From assembly GCA_028688375.1 (NCBI GenBank), contig JAQTYG010000001.1, positions 99,345-163,344 of the forward strand: a stretch of 64,000 nt of DNA, written 5' to 3'. Both the position numbers and the translations under genes were made by a program. This DNA comes from Patescibacteria group bacterium (GTDB lineage: Bacteria; Patescibacteriota; Patescibacteriia; Magasanikbacterales; GWA2-37-8). Below the pieces are notes generated by a model that searched no databases, was not told where the DNA came from, and saw nothing but the letters and a program-made list of their open reading frames with translations. Of this stretch, positions 9,519-20,314 are shown piece after piece. Position 1 is the first letter of the stretch. Every line of letters begins with the position of its first letter.

Positions 9519-11414
9519 ATGTTTTTCAAAAAACATCTCGTCGCCGTGATTATTTCCGGCACCGCGTTGGTAATATTTATTTTTGTTTTCGCCGTCGCCA
9601 TTGTGCAGATGCAACAAGCAAGAGCAGCCATGCGAACCGCGTTGGCTAATTTGGATAAAATCGCCGAGGAACATCGGTATCTGCTCGCCGGAATTGAGTA
9701 CGGGAAGAGTTCCACCACCACCGTTGATTCCGACAAAGAAATTAGGGAAAGAATAACCAAAGAAATGAGCCTGGAGAATGTTCGTTATGGCCGGCTCCCA
9801 AGCGATATTTTCGCCCATGCCTCGTGGTATTATCCGCCGATTACCGATTTTCCTATGGCCACCAGCGTGTATGTTGATCTCCCCACTAACTCATGGTACG
9901 AGGATCTCGAAGGAAAACATCACGTTACCTACAAGGCCGTCAGTGATTACCTGCCGGTGAAATTTATAGATCCTGAAAATAACTTACGCCCTGTCGCCCA
10001 ATCGAGCGATCTATTTTCCGGGAATGACTCGCAGGGCGAGGCAGAATTTAATAAAATAGGCGATTTTGAATATGGGGGTAAATCGGGGTTTGTATTTTGG
10101 GCGCGATCTTATGTTGGCGAAGGTGAGATGGGCGGTGTGAGTGAAGGAAAATTGAGATATTTTGTTCAGTATGACGACAAGATATTTTTTCTACAAAAAA
10201 ATTCCGATCCGCTTACGGCCGATGACGGTTTGATTAAATCCGCGTTTGCTGTTGACAAATATTTGGCTATTCCGAATAACGTAAGAACACCGAAATATAT
10301 TTACAAAACCGACGACCAGCGTTTGGTTTTTGTGGAATTTTTCAAAAGCCCGATGGGTGATATGAGCCTTTCCACCCCGACAACTTCCCCGATGACTTTT
10401 GCCACAGCCGGATTTAAAGTCTGGCACGCCGCGAGCGCGCCGGGACGAGGAGAGGAAGAAGAAGAAAATTCTTTCGTGGTATTTAATGACGGGTCTTACG
10501 CCGAATACCGAGCGGAAAAACTCGAGGATTTTTCCTCCCGCGTCACAATCGGTACCGCTAAATTCCCGTTGAGCGAATATGCGCCCTATCGCAAGGGCGG
10601 ATGCGGGAGCGACGTATATAACGTAATAAAAGGATTGGATAAGGGGTCGCTAACGCTAATCGGGAAAGCCGGCAATGGAGATCCGCTCTATCAATATTCC
10701 GATTCAGAAAAAATAAAACCAATGTACGACTTGTCATTTTATCCGGCGGAAAATACCGAGAGGTTGTCCTTCGAAGGTTTCCTGAAAGACCAGCCTTATT
10801 TTATCTGGTTTAACAAATTCGGTTTAGCGTTACAATACCAAAAAACCAAATACGCCCCGGTCGCCGAGTGCGGCAAGCCGGTGATCTATTTATATCCGGA
10901 AAAAGATATGAGCGTGTCGGTAAAAGTAGAGCCGAATGGCGGGTTTAAATTTACTGAACCAACGTATAATAACGGCTGGAATGTCTGGGCGACCACCCAA
11001 AGCAAGCTGACGAATATATCCGACGGCGTGTCTTATCCGTATTTGTTTTGGGAAGGTAAAGCGTATAATTACGATACGCCCGACCATGGTTTTGTTCTGA
11101 AGCGCGAGAATGTGGCGCGAGATATGGCGACCTTGTTAAAACGTTTAGGCTTGAACGAAAAAGAATCGGCCGACTTTATGGAATTTTGGCAGCCAAAATT
11201 GGAAGTAAAACCGTATGTTTATGTCACCTTCTTGGCACAGGAGAAATTCGATGAGCTGGCTCCGTTGACCGTAACGCCCCAGCCGGACAAAGTTATCCGC
11301 GTGTTTATGGATTACGAACCATTAGATCAATTTGTTTCCGTCCCGCCGTTAAAAATTACCACACCGACTCGCACCGGCTTCACGGTGGTGGAATGGGGTG
11401 GCCGATTGAGATAA
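9519..11414 (+). CDS. Membrane-anchored hypothetical protein with C-terminal KPVIYLYP...VEWGG domain
   Basis: N-terminal TM helix; CGKPVIYLYP, YPYLFWEG, EFWQPKL and GFTVVEWGG motif series; function unknown. Confidence 0.65.
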   Translation: MFFKKHLVAVIISGTALVIFIFVFAVAIVQMQQARAAMRTALANLDKIAEEHRYLLAGIEYGKSSTTTVDSDKEIRERITKEMSLENVRYGRLPSDIFAHASWYYPPITDFPMATSVYVDLPTNSWYEDLEGKHHVTYKAVSDYLPVKFIDPENNLRPVAQSSDLFSGNDSQGEAEFNKIGDFEYGGKSGFVFWARSYVGEGEMGGVSEGKLRYFVQYDDKIFFLQKNSDPLTADDGLIKSAFAVDKYLAIPNNVRTPKYIYKTDDQRLVFVEFFKSPMGDMSLSTPTTSPMTFATAGFKVWHAASAPGRGEEEEENSFVVFNDGSYAEYRAEKLEDFSSRVTIGTAKFPLSEYAPYRKGGCGSDVYNVIKGLDKGSLTLIGKAGNGDPLYQYSDSEKIKPMYDLSFYPAENTERLSFEGFLKDQPYFIWFNKFGLALQYQKTKYAPVAECGKPVIYLYPEKDMSVSVKVEPNGGFKFTEPTYNNGWNVWATTQSKLTNISDGVSYPYLFWEGKAYNYDTPDHGFVLKRENVARDMATLLKRLGLNEKESADFMEFWQPKLEVKPYVYVTFLAQEKFDELAPLTVTPQPDKVIRVFMDYEPLDQFVSVPPLKITTPTRTGFTVVEWGGRLR

Positions 11415-11416
11415 TT

Positions 11417-12355
11417 ATGCTTGTTGATACTCACTGCCACCTGCAATTTAGCGCGTACAAAAACGACGCTGACGTTGTATACAAAAAATGTGCTGATAAG
11501 GGCATGCTGTTGAATATCGTCGGTTCGCAGTACGACACTTCGTTGCGCGCGATTGAGTACGCGGAAAAATATTCCAACGCCTACGCCACGGTCGGTTTGC
11601 ACCCGATTCATTTGGTCTCCGCCGAAGTGGATGAAGAAGAAGTGCAATTCAAATCCCGGGAAGAAAAATTTGATTACGACGCTTATAAAAAACTAGCCGA
11701 GCAGTCGAAAGTTATCGCGATCGGGGAGTGCGGATTGGAACTTCATCATTTGCCCGAAGGAAAGAGCGAGGAAGAAGCGATTGCCGTTCAAACGGAAGCG
11801 TTTATCGGTCAATACAAGTTAGCACAGGAATTAGATTTGCCTATGGTAATACACGTTCGGAATGCCCATCGGCAAATGATTGATTTGCTCCGTGTCATTG
11901 CGAACCGCCAATTGGCGGTGAAGCAATCCCCTGATAATTCAGAAAACCGTGAGATTGCCACGTCGTCCGCCGGTCGGCGGACTCCTCGCAATGACAAAAA
12001 AATGCGCGGCGTGATTCATTGTTATACGGCCAACTGGGAATACGCGAAAGAATATTTGGACCTGGGTTTTTATTTAGGTTTTACCGGGGTGATAACTTTT
12101 CCCGCCAAAAAGACCGACCCAAAAACACAGGAAGACCTGCTGGCGGTGGTGAAAAATTGCCCGCTCGACCGCATTCTGATTGAAACCGATGCACCCTATT
12201 TAGCGCCTCAGGCCTACCGCGGAGAACGTTGCGAGCCGTGGATGGTGGAAGAAGCCGCCAAAAAGGTGGCAGAAATAAGGGGATTAACGGCTGAAGAAGT
12301 AATAAAACAGACTACAAATAATGCGCTCGGGCTATTCACCGGGATTCATGTTTAA
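11417..12355 (+). CDS. tatD: TatD family DNase with an in-frame palindromic insertion
   Basis: DTHCHL, GLHP, AIGECGL, IHVR, GVIHCY, ETDAPYLAP; ATG 11417. Confidence 0.92.
   Translation: MLVDTHCHLQFSAYKNDADVVYKKCADKGMLLNIVGSQYDTSLRAIEYAEKYSNAYATVGLHPIHLVSAEVDEEEVQFKSREEKFDYDAYKKLAEQSKVIAIGECGLELHHLPEGKSEEEAIAVQTEAFIGQYKLAQELDLPMVIHVRNAHRQMIDLLRVIANRQLAVKQSPDNSENREIATSSAGRRTPRNDKKMRGVIHCYTANWEYAKEYLDLGFYLGFTGVITFPAKKTDPKTQEDLLAVVKNCPLDRILIETDAPYLAPQAYRGERCEPWMVEEAAKKVAEIRGLTAEEVIKQTTNNALGLFTGIHV
11893..11996. mobile_element. 104-bp palindromic (RPE/MITE-like) element inserted in frame in tatD
   Basis: Terminal IR TGTCATTGCGA / TCGCAATGACA; internal palindromes ACCGCCAATTGGCGGT and GTCCGCCG-gt-CGGCGGAC; GCAATC/GATTGC inner stem. 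Confidence 0.75.
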
Positions 12356-12365
12356 AAATTGGAAA

Positions 12366-12420
12366 CCTGCCTGCCGGTAGGCAAAGTTTAAAATCGAAAA
12401 TCTGCGCTCTACGGAGCGCA
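12366..12420. repeat. CCTGCCTGCCGGTAGGCA palindrome plus TGCGCTC-tacg-GAGCGCA hairpin after tatD
   Basis: Two short inverted repeats in the tatD-atp intergenic region. Confidence 0.5.
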
Positions 12421-12441
12421 CTTATCCCCACTAAAAAGCAA

Positions 12442-12478
12442 AAATACCCTTGACTTCACAAGGGTATTTGTGTAAAAT
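12442..12478 (+). promoter_or_regulatory. Sigma70 promoter of the atp operon overlapped by an 11-bp inverted repeat
   Basis: TTGACT(12450-55)-N17-TAAAAT(12473-78); AAATACCCTTG-acttca-CAAGGGTATTT at 12442-12469. Confidence 0.65.
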
Positions 12479-12493
12479 ATTGGCGTCAATTCT

Positions 12494-12751
12494 ATGGAAG
12501 ATAAGCCGAAAAAACAATCGAACGATCACGGTTATTACGTCCTCGGCGTAAGAATTATGCTGGACATGGGGTTTAGTATCGCCATTCCGGCCGTGGCCGC
12601 TGCCTTCGCGGGCCAATACCTGGACGAAAAATACGACAAAGCTCCGCTATTCTTAATTCTATTTTTGGTCAACGCTTTTCTTATTTCGGCTCAAATAATT
12701 ATCACCAAAGCTAAAAGATACGGCCAAGAGTACGAAAATTTAGATAAATAG
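12494..12751 (+). CDS. AtpZ/AtpI-family F0F1 accessory membrane protein
   Basis: First gene of the atp operon; two TMs with G..LD..Y...P motif. Confidence 0.75.
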   Translation: MEDKPKKQSNDHGYYVLGVRIMLDMGFSIAIPAVAAAFAGQYLDEKYDKAPLFLILFLVNAFLISAQIIITKAKRYGQEYENLDK

Positions 12752-12753
12752 CT

Positions 12754-13530
12754 ATGCATATTCCCGCGATGGCGCCGGATGTACTGTTCAACATCGGAGC
12801 CCTACCAATTACCAACACCGTAATAAATACCTGGCTAGCCATAGTCATTTTTTTATTTTTGGGCCTTATAATTTCCCGAAAAATTTCTCTCCGACCCGGA
12901 AAATTCCAAAACGCGTTTGAATTTTTTCTGGAGACTCTACTTGGCTTTTTTGACCAGGTGACCAACGATAGAAAGAAAACTCTAAAATTTCTCCCGCTGG
13001 TTGGTTCGGTTTTCTTTTTTATTCTTTTATCCAACTGGCTCGGCCTCCTACCCGGTACCGGCAGTATTACTTTTCACGAAAAAATGTTACTGCGCCCAGC
13101 CAACACCGACCTGAATCTCGTCTTCGGCATGACGCTAGTCGCGTTGATCACCTCGCACGTTTGGGGACTGATTACCGTCGGATTTTTTACCTACGTCGGC
13201 AAGTTCGTACAAATTAAACAATTATGGCTGAGTTTGCGGAAAGGTCCCTTGGCGATATTCACCGCTATCATTGAACTGTTTGTCGGCCTGTTGGAAATCA
13301 TTTCGGAAATGGCGAAAGTCCTGTCTTTGTCGTTTCGGTTGTTTGGCAATATTTTCGCGGGCGAAATCCTAATTACGGTAATGAGTAGTCTGGTGGCGTT
13401 TCTCGTGCCGACACCCTTTATGTTTTTGGAGGTTCTGGTCGGTCTGATTCAAGCCGGTGTGTTCGCGATTTTGACCCTGGTCTATCTGACTATTGCCACC
13501 ACCGCGCCTCACGCCGTCGAAGAACACTAA
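12754..13530 (+). CDS. atpB: ATP synthase F0 subunit a
   Basis: SNWLGLLPG, SLSFRLFGNIFAGE, GLIQAGVF. Confidence 0.95.
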   Translation: MHIPAMAPDVLFNIGALPITNTVINTWLAIVIFLFLGLIISRKISLRPGKFQNAFEFFLETLLGFFDQVTNDRKKTLKFLPLVGSVFFFILLSNWLGLLPGTGSITFHEKMLLRPANTDLNLVFGMTLVALITSHVWGLITVGFFTYVGKFVQIKQLWLSLRKGPLAIFTAIIELFVGLLEIISEMAKVLSLSFRLFGNIFAGEILITVMSSLVAFLVPTPFMFLEVLVGLIQAGVFAILTLVYLTIATTAPHAVEEH

Positions 13531-13548
13531 AACAAATTTATTTACTAA

Positions 13549-13785
<237 letters not shown>

Positions 13786-13834
13786 TTTTTGATGCCGGTT
13801 GAACTGTCGACCGGCTGACTAATATTATTTTCCT

Positions 13835-14395
13835 ATGACATTAATTGAAGATGTTTTTGCCAGCGAAGCGCCAGTTGAAGAAACCGCCGCCGCTTCGAGT
13901 GATGGTATTTTGGGTTCAATGGGAATCAATGCCCCTCTGTTCGGATTTCAGCTGTTAAACTTTGCGATTGTTTTTTCGATCATCTGGTTTCTAATCCTAA
14001 AACCGCTGAGCAAGAAACTGACCGAGCGGCAAAAAATGATTGACGACAGCATCGACAATTCCAAAAAAATTGAAGAGGTTTTGAAGCAGAGTGAAAAAAA
14101 ATATCAGGAAAGAATTGATATCGCCAAAGCCGAAGCCAACGCCATTTTGGAACGGGCGAAAATTGAGGCCGATTTTATTGCCGAGGAAATGAAGAATAAA
14201 ACCAAAAATGATATGGAGGTTTTGGTGGCGCAGGCTAAGTCAAGAATTATGGCGGAAAAAGACGACATGGTAACCGGTTTGAAAAAGGAGACCGCCGGAT
14301 TGGTAGTCGAGGCGCTGGAAAAAATTCTTGGCGAAAAAATGGATGAAGCCAAGGATAAAAAATTGATTACCGCGGCGCTGAAAGATATCAAGTAG
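13835..14395 (+). CDS. atpF: ATP synthase F0 subunit b
   Basis: QLLNFAIVF TM, KPL..L.ERQ..I, coiled coil; operon position. Confidence 0.92.
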   Translation: MTLIEDVFASEAPVEETAAASSDGILGSMGINAPLFGFQLLNFAIVFSIIWFLILKPLSKKLTERQKMIDDSIDNSKKIEEVLKQSEKKYQERIDIAKAEANAILERAKIEADFIAEEMKNKTKNDMEVLVAQAKSRIMAEKDDMVTGLKKETAGLVVEALEKILGEKMDEAKDKKLITAALKDIK

Positions 14396-14414
14396 TTAAA
14401 ATTTTCCCCAGGGT

Positions 14415-14831
14415 ATGAAAAAAAATAGCACTAAACAATACGCCATTGCCTTGTGGCAAGCGACGCGGAAAGCCAAAGGCAAAGACCTGGAAACGGTGCT
14501 GGCTAATTTTTCGGCGCTGCTGGCGCGTGAGCGTGTTTTGAAAAAAACCGAAGCTATTATCGCGGAATTTATCCGCTATGCCAAGGAGCAAGACGGCGTG
14601 GAAGATTTGGAAATAATTTCCGCCCGCCCGTTAAACAATAAAATTATTGGCGCTATTAAAGAGATATTTGGCCAAAAAGCGGAAGCCACCGAACGCACCG
14701 ACGCTTCGCTTATCGGCGGTGTGATAATCCGGACGCGCGACAGAATTCTGGACGCCAGTATTAAAACCCAATTAAATAAATTATGCCGACGCATGATGGT
14801 CGGCACCCCGACCTTGCGTCGGGGAAATTAG
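14415..14831 (+). CDS. atpH: ATP synthase F1 subunit delta (short form)
   Basis: QYAIAL, DASLIGGVIIR...LDASIKTQL; operon position; last 15 aa encoded by a hairpin repeat. Confidence 0.85.
   Translation: MKKNSTKQYAIALWQATRKAKGKDLETVLANFSALLARERVLKKTEAIIAEFIRYAKEQDGVEDLEIISARPLNNKIIGAIKEIFGQKAEATERTDASLIGGVIIRTRDRILDASIKTQLNKLCRRMMVGTPTLRRGN
14784..14824. repeat. Twin-hairpin repeat element in the atpH 3' end
   Basis: TGCCGAC-N8-GTCGGCA then CCCCGAC-cttgc-GTCGGGG, flanked by an AAATTA direct repeat (14778-83, 14825-30). Confidence 0.65.
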
Positions 14832-14843
14832 AATTTGAAATCT

Positions 14844-16334
14844 ATGTCCATAAATGCCATTGTTGAGGAGCTGCGAAAAAATATTTCCGCCTTTGAGAAA
14901 CAGGTGGAAACCGCGGAAATCGGCACCATCGTGGAAGTCGGCGACGGCATTGCCCGCATGTCCGGCCTGACCAAATGCCAGTCCAATGAAATGTTGGAAT
15001 TCCCCGACAATACTTTTGGCGTAGCGCTAAATCTGGAAGATGAAACCATCGGCGCGGTATTGCTCGGCGAATACAAACACTTGAAGGAAGGGGACACGGT
15101 AAAACGCACCGGCCGTATTCTGTCCGTTCCGGTCGGCAAGGAATTGATCGGCCGGGTGGTGAACCCGCTCGGTCAGCCGGTTGACGGCGGGGCGGAAATT
15201 AACTCTAAAACTTTTTATCCGATTGAAAAGATCGCTCCGGGCGTAATGTCTCGCGAACCGGTGACTCAACCGGTGCAGACCGGCATCAAAGCGATTGACG
15301 CTATGATTCCGATCGGCCGGGGGCAGCGCGAATTGATTATCGGCGACCGTCAAACCGGCAAAACCGCCGTGGCGATTGATACTATCATCAACCAAAAAGG
15401 CCAGGACATGATTTGTATTTATGTCGCCATCGGTCAGAAAGAATCAAAAATCGCCCGCATCGTGGCGAAACTGAAAGAAACCGGCGCCATGGATTATACC
15501 ATCGTGGTGGTGGCCGGCGCTTCCGACCCGGCTTCTACTCTGTATATCGCGCCCTATGCCGGCGTCGCCATGGCCGAGTACTTCATGGATCAAGGCAAAG
15601 ATGTTCTGTGTATTTACGATGATTTATCTAAACAGGCCTGGGCTTACCGCGAAATTTCTCTATTGCTTCGCCGTCCGCCGGGCCGTGAGGCCTACCCGGG
15701 CGATGTGTTTTATCTGCATTCCCGATTACTCGAGCGCGCTTGCCGACGCAACAAAGAATCCGGTGGTGGCTCCATTACCGCCTTGCCGATTATTGAAACC
15801 CAGTCCGGCGACGTGACCGCTTATATTCCGACCAACGTCATTTCCATTACCGACGGCCAGATATTTTTGGAGAGCGATTTGTTCTACCGCGGTATTCGCC
15901 CGGCTTTGAATGTCGGCATTTCCGTCTCGCGTGTCGGTTCGGCCGCGCAAATCAAACCGATGAAAAAAGTGGCCGGCAAACTCAAATTATCCATGGCGCA
16001 ATTCCGCGAGCTGGAAGCTTTCGCCCAATTTGCCAGCGACTTGGACCCGGAAACCAAAAAACAAATCAACCTCGGCCAGCGCCTGGTAGAAATTTTGAAG
16101 CAACCGCAGTATGAACCAATGCCGGCGGCCAATCAAACGGCTATTATCTATGCCGTGTCCAACGGTTTTGCCGATAATATCGAAGTGCCAAAAATCCGCG
16201 AATGGGAAATCAAATTCCATGAATTTATGAACCGTTCCAAGAGTGTGCTGCTCGAAAAAATCGGCGGAGGTAATTGGGACGAGGCCGTGGAAAAAGATTT
16301 AAAGAGCGCCTGCGAAGAATTCGCCAAAAAGTAA
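14844..16334 (+). CDS. atpA: ATP synthase F1 subunit alpha
   Basis: [15 protein letters not shown] Walker [22 protein letters not shown]. Confidence 0.98.
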   Translation: MSINAIVEELRKNISAFEKQVETAEIGTIVEVGDGIARMSGLTKCQSNEMLEFPDNTFGVALNLEDETIGAVLLGEYKHLKEGDTVKRTGRILSVPVGKELIGRVVNPLGQPVDGGAEINSKTFYPIEKIAPGVMSREPVTQPVQTGIKAIDAMIPIGRGQRELIIGDRQTGKTAVAIDTIINQKGQDMICIYVAIGQKESKIARIVAKLKETGAMDYTIVVVAGASDPASTLYIAPYAGVAMAEYFMDQGKDVLCIYDDLSKQAWAYREISLLLRRPPGREAYPGDVFYLHSRLLERACRRNKESGGGSITALPIIETQSGDVTAYIPTNVISITDGQIFLESDLFYRGIRPALNVGISVSRVGSAAQIKPMKKVAGKLKLSMAQFRELEAFAQFASDLDPETKKQINLGQRLVEILKQPQYEPMPAANQTAIIYAVSNGFADNIEVPKIREWEIKFHEFMNRSKSVLLEKIGGGNWDEAVEKDLKSACEEFAKK

Positions 16335-16415
16335 ACCCCCTTCGGGGGTATATAATCGTCGTTCGCTCGGAAGAATAAAACAAGTTTTCTTCTTCCCTCG
16401 CTTCACTAGATTATA
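16335..16415 (+). repeat. Structured atpA-atpG spacer (UUCG hairpin plus long imperfect hairpin)
   Basis: ACCCCC-TTCG-GGGGT; TATAATC...GGAAGAAtAAAAC-aa-GTTTTcTTCTTCC...GATTATA. Confidence 0.55.
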
Positions 16416-16418
16416 GTT

Positions 16419-17318
16419 ATGGGCATAAATACCAAAGCAATTAAACGAAGAATCAAATCCGTCGGCTCCACAAAAAAGATCACTAAAGCGATGGAGATGA
16501 TTTCGGCCGTAAAGATGCGCCGGGCGGTGGCCAATGTTTTGGCAACCCGCAGTTATGCCAATTTGGCCTGGCAAATGTTAACCGATGTGGCCAAAAAAAC
16601 CAATATTAATCTGCACCCGTTGCTGGCCAAGCGCCCGATAAAAAAAGCGGCGGTGGCGCTAATCATTTCTAACCGCGGTTTAGCCGGCGGTTTCAACAGC
16701 CGAATGCTGGTGGAAACGGACGCGCTGATCAAAAAATTAAAAAGTCAGGGCGCGGAAGTGGAAGTATTGATCAACGGTAAACGCGGGAAAAAGATTTATC
16801 AGCAATTTGGCCACACCATTGCCGCTGAATTTGAAAAAATGGATATGACCATGAAAGTGGAAGAGGTCTTGCCGTTATCTAACATGATTGTGAGCGACTA
16901 CACGGCGGAAAAATACGATGAAATTTATCTCGGCTATACCGATTTTGTTTCCGCCATTAAACAAATTCCGACCATCAAAAAATTATTGCCGTTAAGCACT
17001 GCAGCCGATGCCGCGCTGGGGGCGGTGGGGGAGGCGCCAGCCAAAGAAACTGTCAGCGCCAGCGCCGAATTTTTATTTGAACCGGACCCGGCCAATGTTT
17101 TAAACGTCTTACTGCCTCGTCTGGTGGAAGTGCAAATTTATCAGGCGGTCTTGGAATCCGACGCTTCGGAACACAGCGCCCGGATGATGGCCATGAGGAA
17201 CGCCTCGGACGCGGCCGAAGACATGATTAAAGAATTAAATTACAATTTTAACAAAGCGCGCCAATCGGCGATTACCCAAGAAATTTCGGAAATCGTCGGC
17301 GGCGCGGCGGCACTTTAG
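16419..17318 (+). CDS. atpG: ATP synthase F1 subunit gamma
   Basis: IKSVGSTKKITKAMEMI, RGLAGGFN, SEHSARMMAM, RQSAITQEISEI. Confidence 0.97.
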   Translation: MGINTKAIKRRIKSVGSTKKITKAMEMISAVKMRRAVANVLATRSYANLAWQMLTDVAKKTNINLHPLLAKRPIKKAAVALIISNRGLAGGFNSRMLVETDALIKKLKSQGAEVEVLINGKRGKKIYQQFGHTIAAEFEKMDMTMKVEEVLPLSNMIVSDYTAEKYDEIYLGYTDFVSAIKQIPTIKKLLPLSTAADAALGAVGEAPAKETVSASAEFLFEPDPANVLNVLLPRLVEVQIYQAVLESDASEHSARMMAMRNASDAAEDMIKELNYNFNKARQSAITQEISEIVGGAAAL

Positions 17319-17348
17319 TTATTGGGGATTTGTTTATTGGTTTATCGG
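17318..17348 (+). repeat. Left arm: about 4 degenerate TTTATTGG octamers
   Basis: gttattgg-ggatttg-tttattgg-tttatcgg between the atpG stop and the next ATG. Confidence 0.7.
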
Positions 17349-17349
17349 T

Positions 17350-19139
<1,790 letters not shown>

Positions 19140-19144
19140 TTTTT

Positions 19145-19576
19145 ATGGCGCTTAAATTTCAAATCATCACTCCCGAGCGCGTGGTTTTCTCTGATGAGAT
19201 TGACCAGGTGACGATGAATACGCAAGATGGCGAGATAACCGTTTTGCCTCATCATATCCCGTTGGTTTCCGTGTTGAAGCCGGGGGAATTGATTTGCAAA
19301 AAAAACAGCGAGGAATATCCGCTGGCGGTCACCGGGGGATTTGTTGAAGTCCGTCCGGATAGTTCGGTTATAATTTTGGCCGATACGGCCGAAAAAGCCG
19401 AAGAGATTGATATCGCCCGCGCCGAAGAAGCAAGAGAACGAGCTTTAAAAACCATGCGGGAAGAGCGTAAATTGGACAGCGCTGAATACGCCGCTTTGCA
19501 GGCGACGCTTGATCGCGCTTTGATCCGATTGAAAGTGGGAAACAAATATCGCAAATTGAAACCAGAAATAAAGTAG
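19145..19576 (+). CDS. atpC: ATP synthase F1 subunit epsilon
   Basis: IITPER, GEITVLPHHIP, GGFVEV, ILADTAE..EEID..RAEEA. Confidence 0.95.
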   Translation: MALKFQIITPERVVFSDEIDQVTMNTQDGEITVLPHHIPLVSVLKPGELICKKNSEEYPLAVTGGFVEVRPDSSVIILADTAEKAEEIDIARAEEARERALKTMREERKLDSAEYAALQATLDRALIRLKVGNKYRKLKPEIK

Positions 19577-19585
19577 AATAATTTT

Positions 19586-19619
19586 AAAACCCATCCGCCA
19601 GCTGGCGGATGGGTTTTTT
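19586..19619 (+). terminator. Terminator of the atp operon
   Basis: Perfect palindrome AAAACCCATCCGCCAG/CTGGCGGATGGGTTTT plus T run. Confidence 0.8.
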
Positions 19620-19621
19620 GT

Positions 19622-19650
19622 TTGACAAAAAAATTCCATACTGATAAAAT
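19622..19650 (+). promoter_or_regulatory. Sigma70 promoter of the orphan gene
   Basis: TTGACA-N17-TAAAAT with extended TG. Confidence 0.7.
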
Positions 19651-19687
19651 GCGAAAAATCATTGCCCACAAACCGAGGAGGGAGTAA

Positions 19688-19987
19688 ATGGAAAAGGAGA
19701 AATGCGGGATTGAATTTTATCTCGTCAGATGGCAAGGGGAGTTTGGCGAATATGAACTTTTTATTCGTCACCAACAACCGGGGGAAGGAGGTATCGCGGC
19801 CTTTTTCGGCCCCAGAGACCTTCGGCCTCTGCGCGTGGTCACGAGCGGTGTCATCCAGTTCGAAGGCGAGGAACAAAAGATCGCCGAATCGATCGCGAAC
19901 ATCCTGACCGCCCCGCTCCTCAGCAAATTCATCAATACGGTGGTCAACCGTATTTTCACCCAAGCTCTTTCCACCAAAAAGGAGTAA
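19688..19987 (+). CDS. Orphan hypothetical protein
   Basis: Own promoter, strong SD GAGGAGGGAG, 99-aa ORF, downstream hairpin and T tract. Confidence 0.65.
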   Translation: MEKEKCGIEFYLVRWQGEFGEYELFIRHQQPGEGGIAAFFGPRDLRPLRVVTSGVIQFEGEEQKIAESIANILTAPLLSKFINTVVNRIFTQALSTKKE

Positions 19988-20050
19988 CCCGCCCCAAACC
20001 CGATACAACTACCTCGCCTCGCCCCCGACCCAGGGCTCAGACGAGAGACC

Positions 20051-20079
20051 TTGTCCCGGGTTTTTCTTTTTGATATACT
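20051..20079 (+). promoter_or_regulatory. Putative promoter for the Cys-rich small ORF
   Basis: TTGTCC-N17-TATACT with extended TG; AGCCCA-attta-TGGGCT IR just downstream (20088-20104). Confidence 0.5.
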
Positions 20080-20116
20080 GTAAACACAGCCCAATTTATG
20101 GGCTAAATCTATCTCT

Positions 20117-20260
20117 ATGGAAGAGGAAGCCAAACCGTGCGGTTGCGGTCCGGAATGTAAATGCGAGGGCGAATGCTCTTGCAGCCCGGAGGGTTGCCAA
20201 TGTGGCGACACCTGTGAATGCGGGTGCGGACACAACAACGAGGCAGACGCCGAGGAATAA
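20117..20260 (+). CDS. Metallothionein-like Cys-rich small protein (47 aa, not in the ORF track)
   Basis: MEEEAKPCGCGPECKCEGECSCSPEGCQCGDTCECGCGHNNEADAEE: 11 Cys in CxC repeats, no aromatic residues. Confidence 0.75.
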   Translation: MEEEAKPCGCGPECKCEGECSCSPEGCQCGDTCECGCGHNNEADAEE

Positions 20261-20314
20261 TCAAATTTTATAGCAATTTTCTCCAATCCATTGGTCATGG
20301 ATATTTTGGTATTT

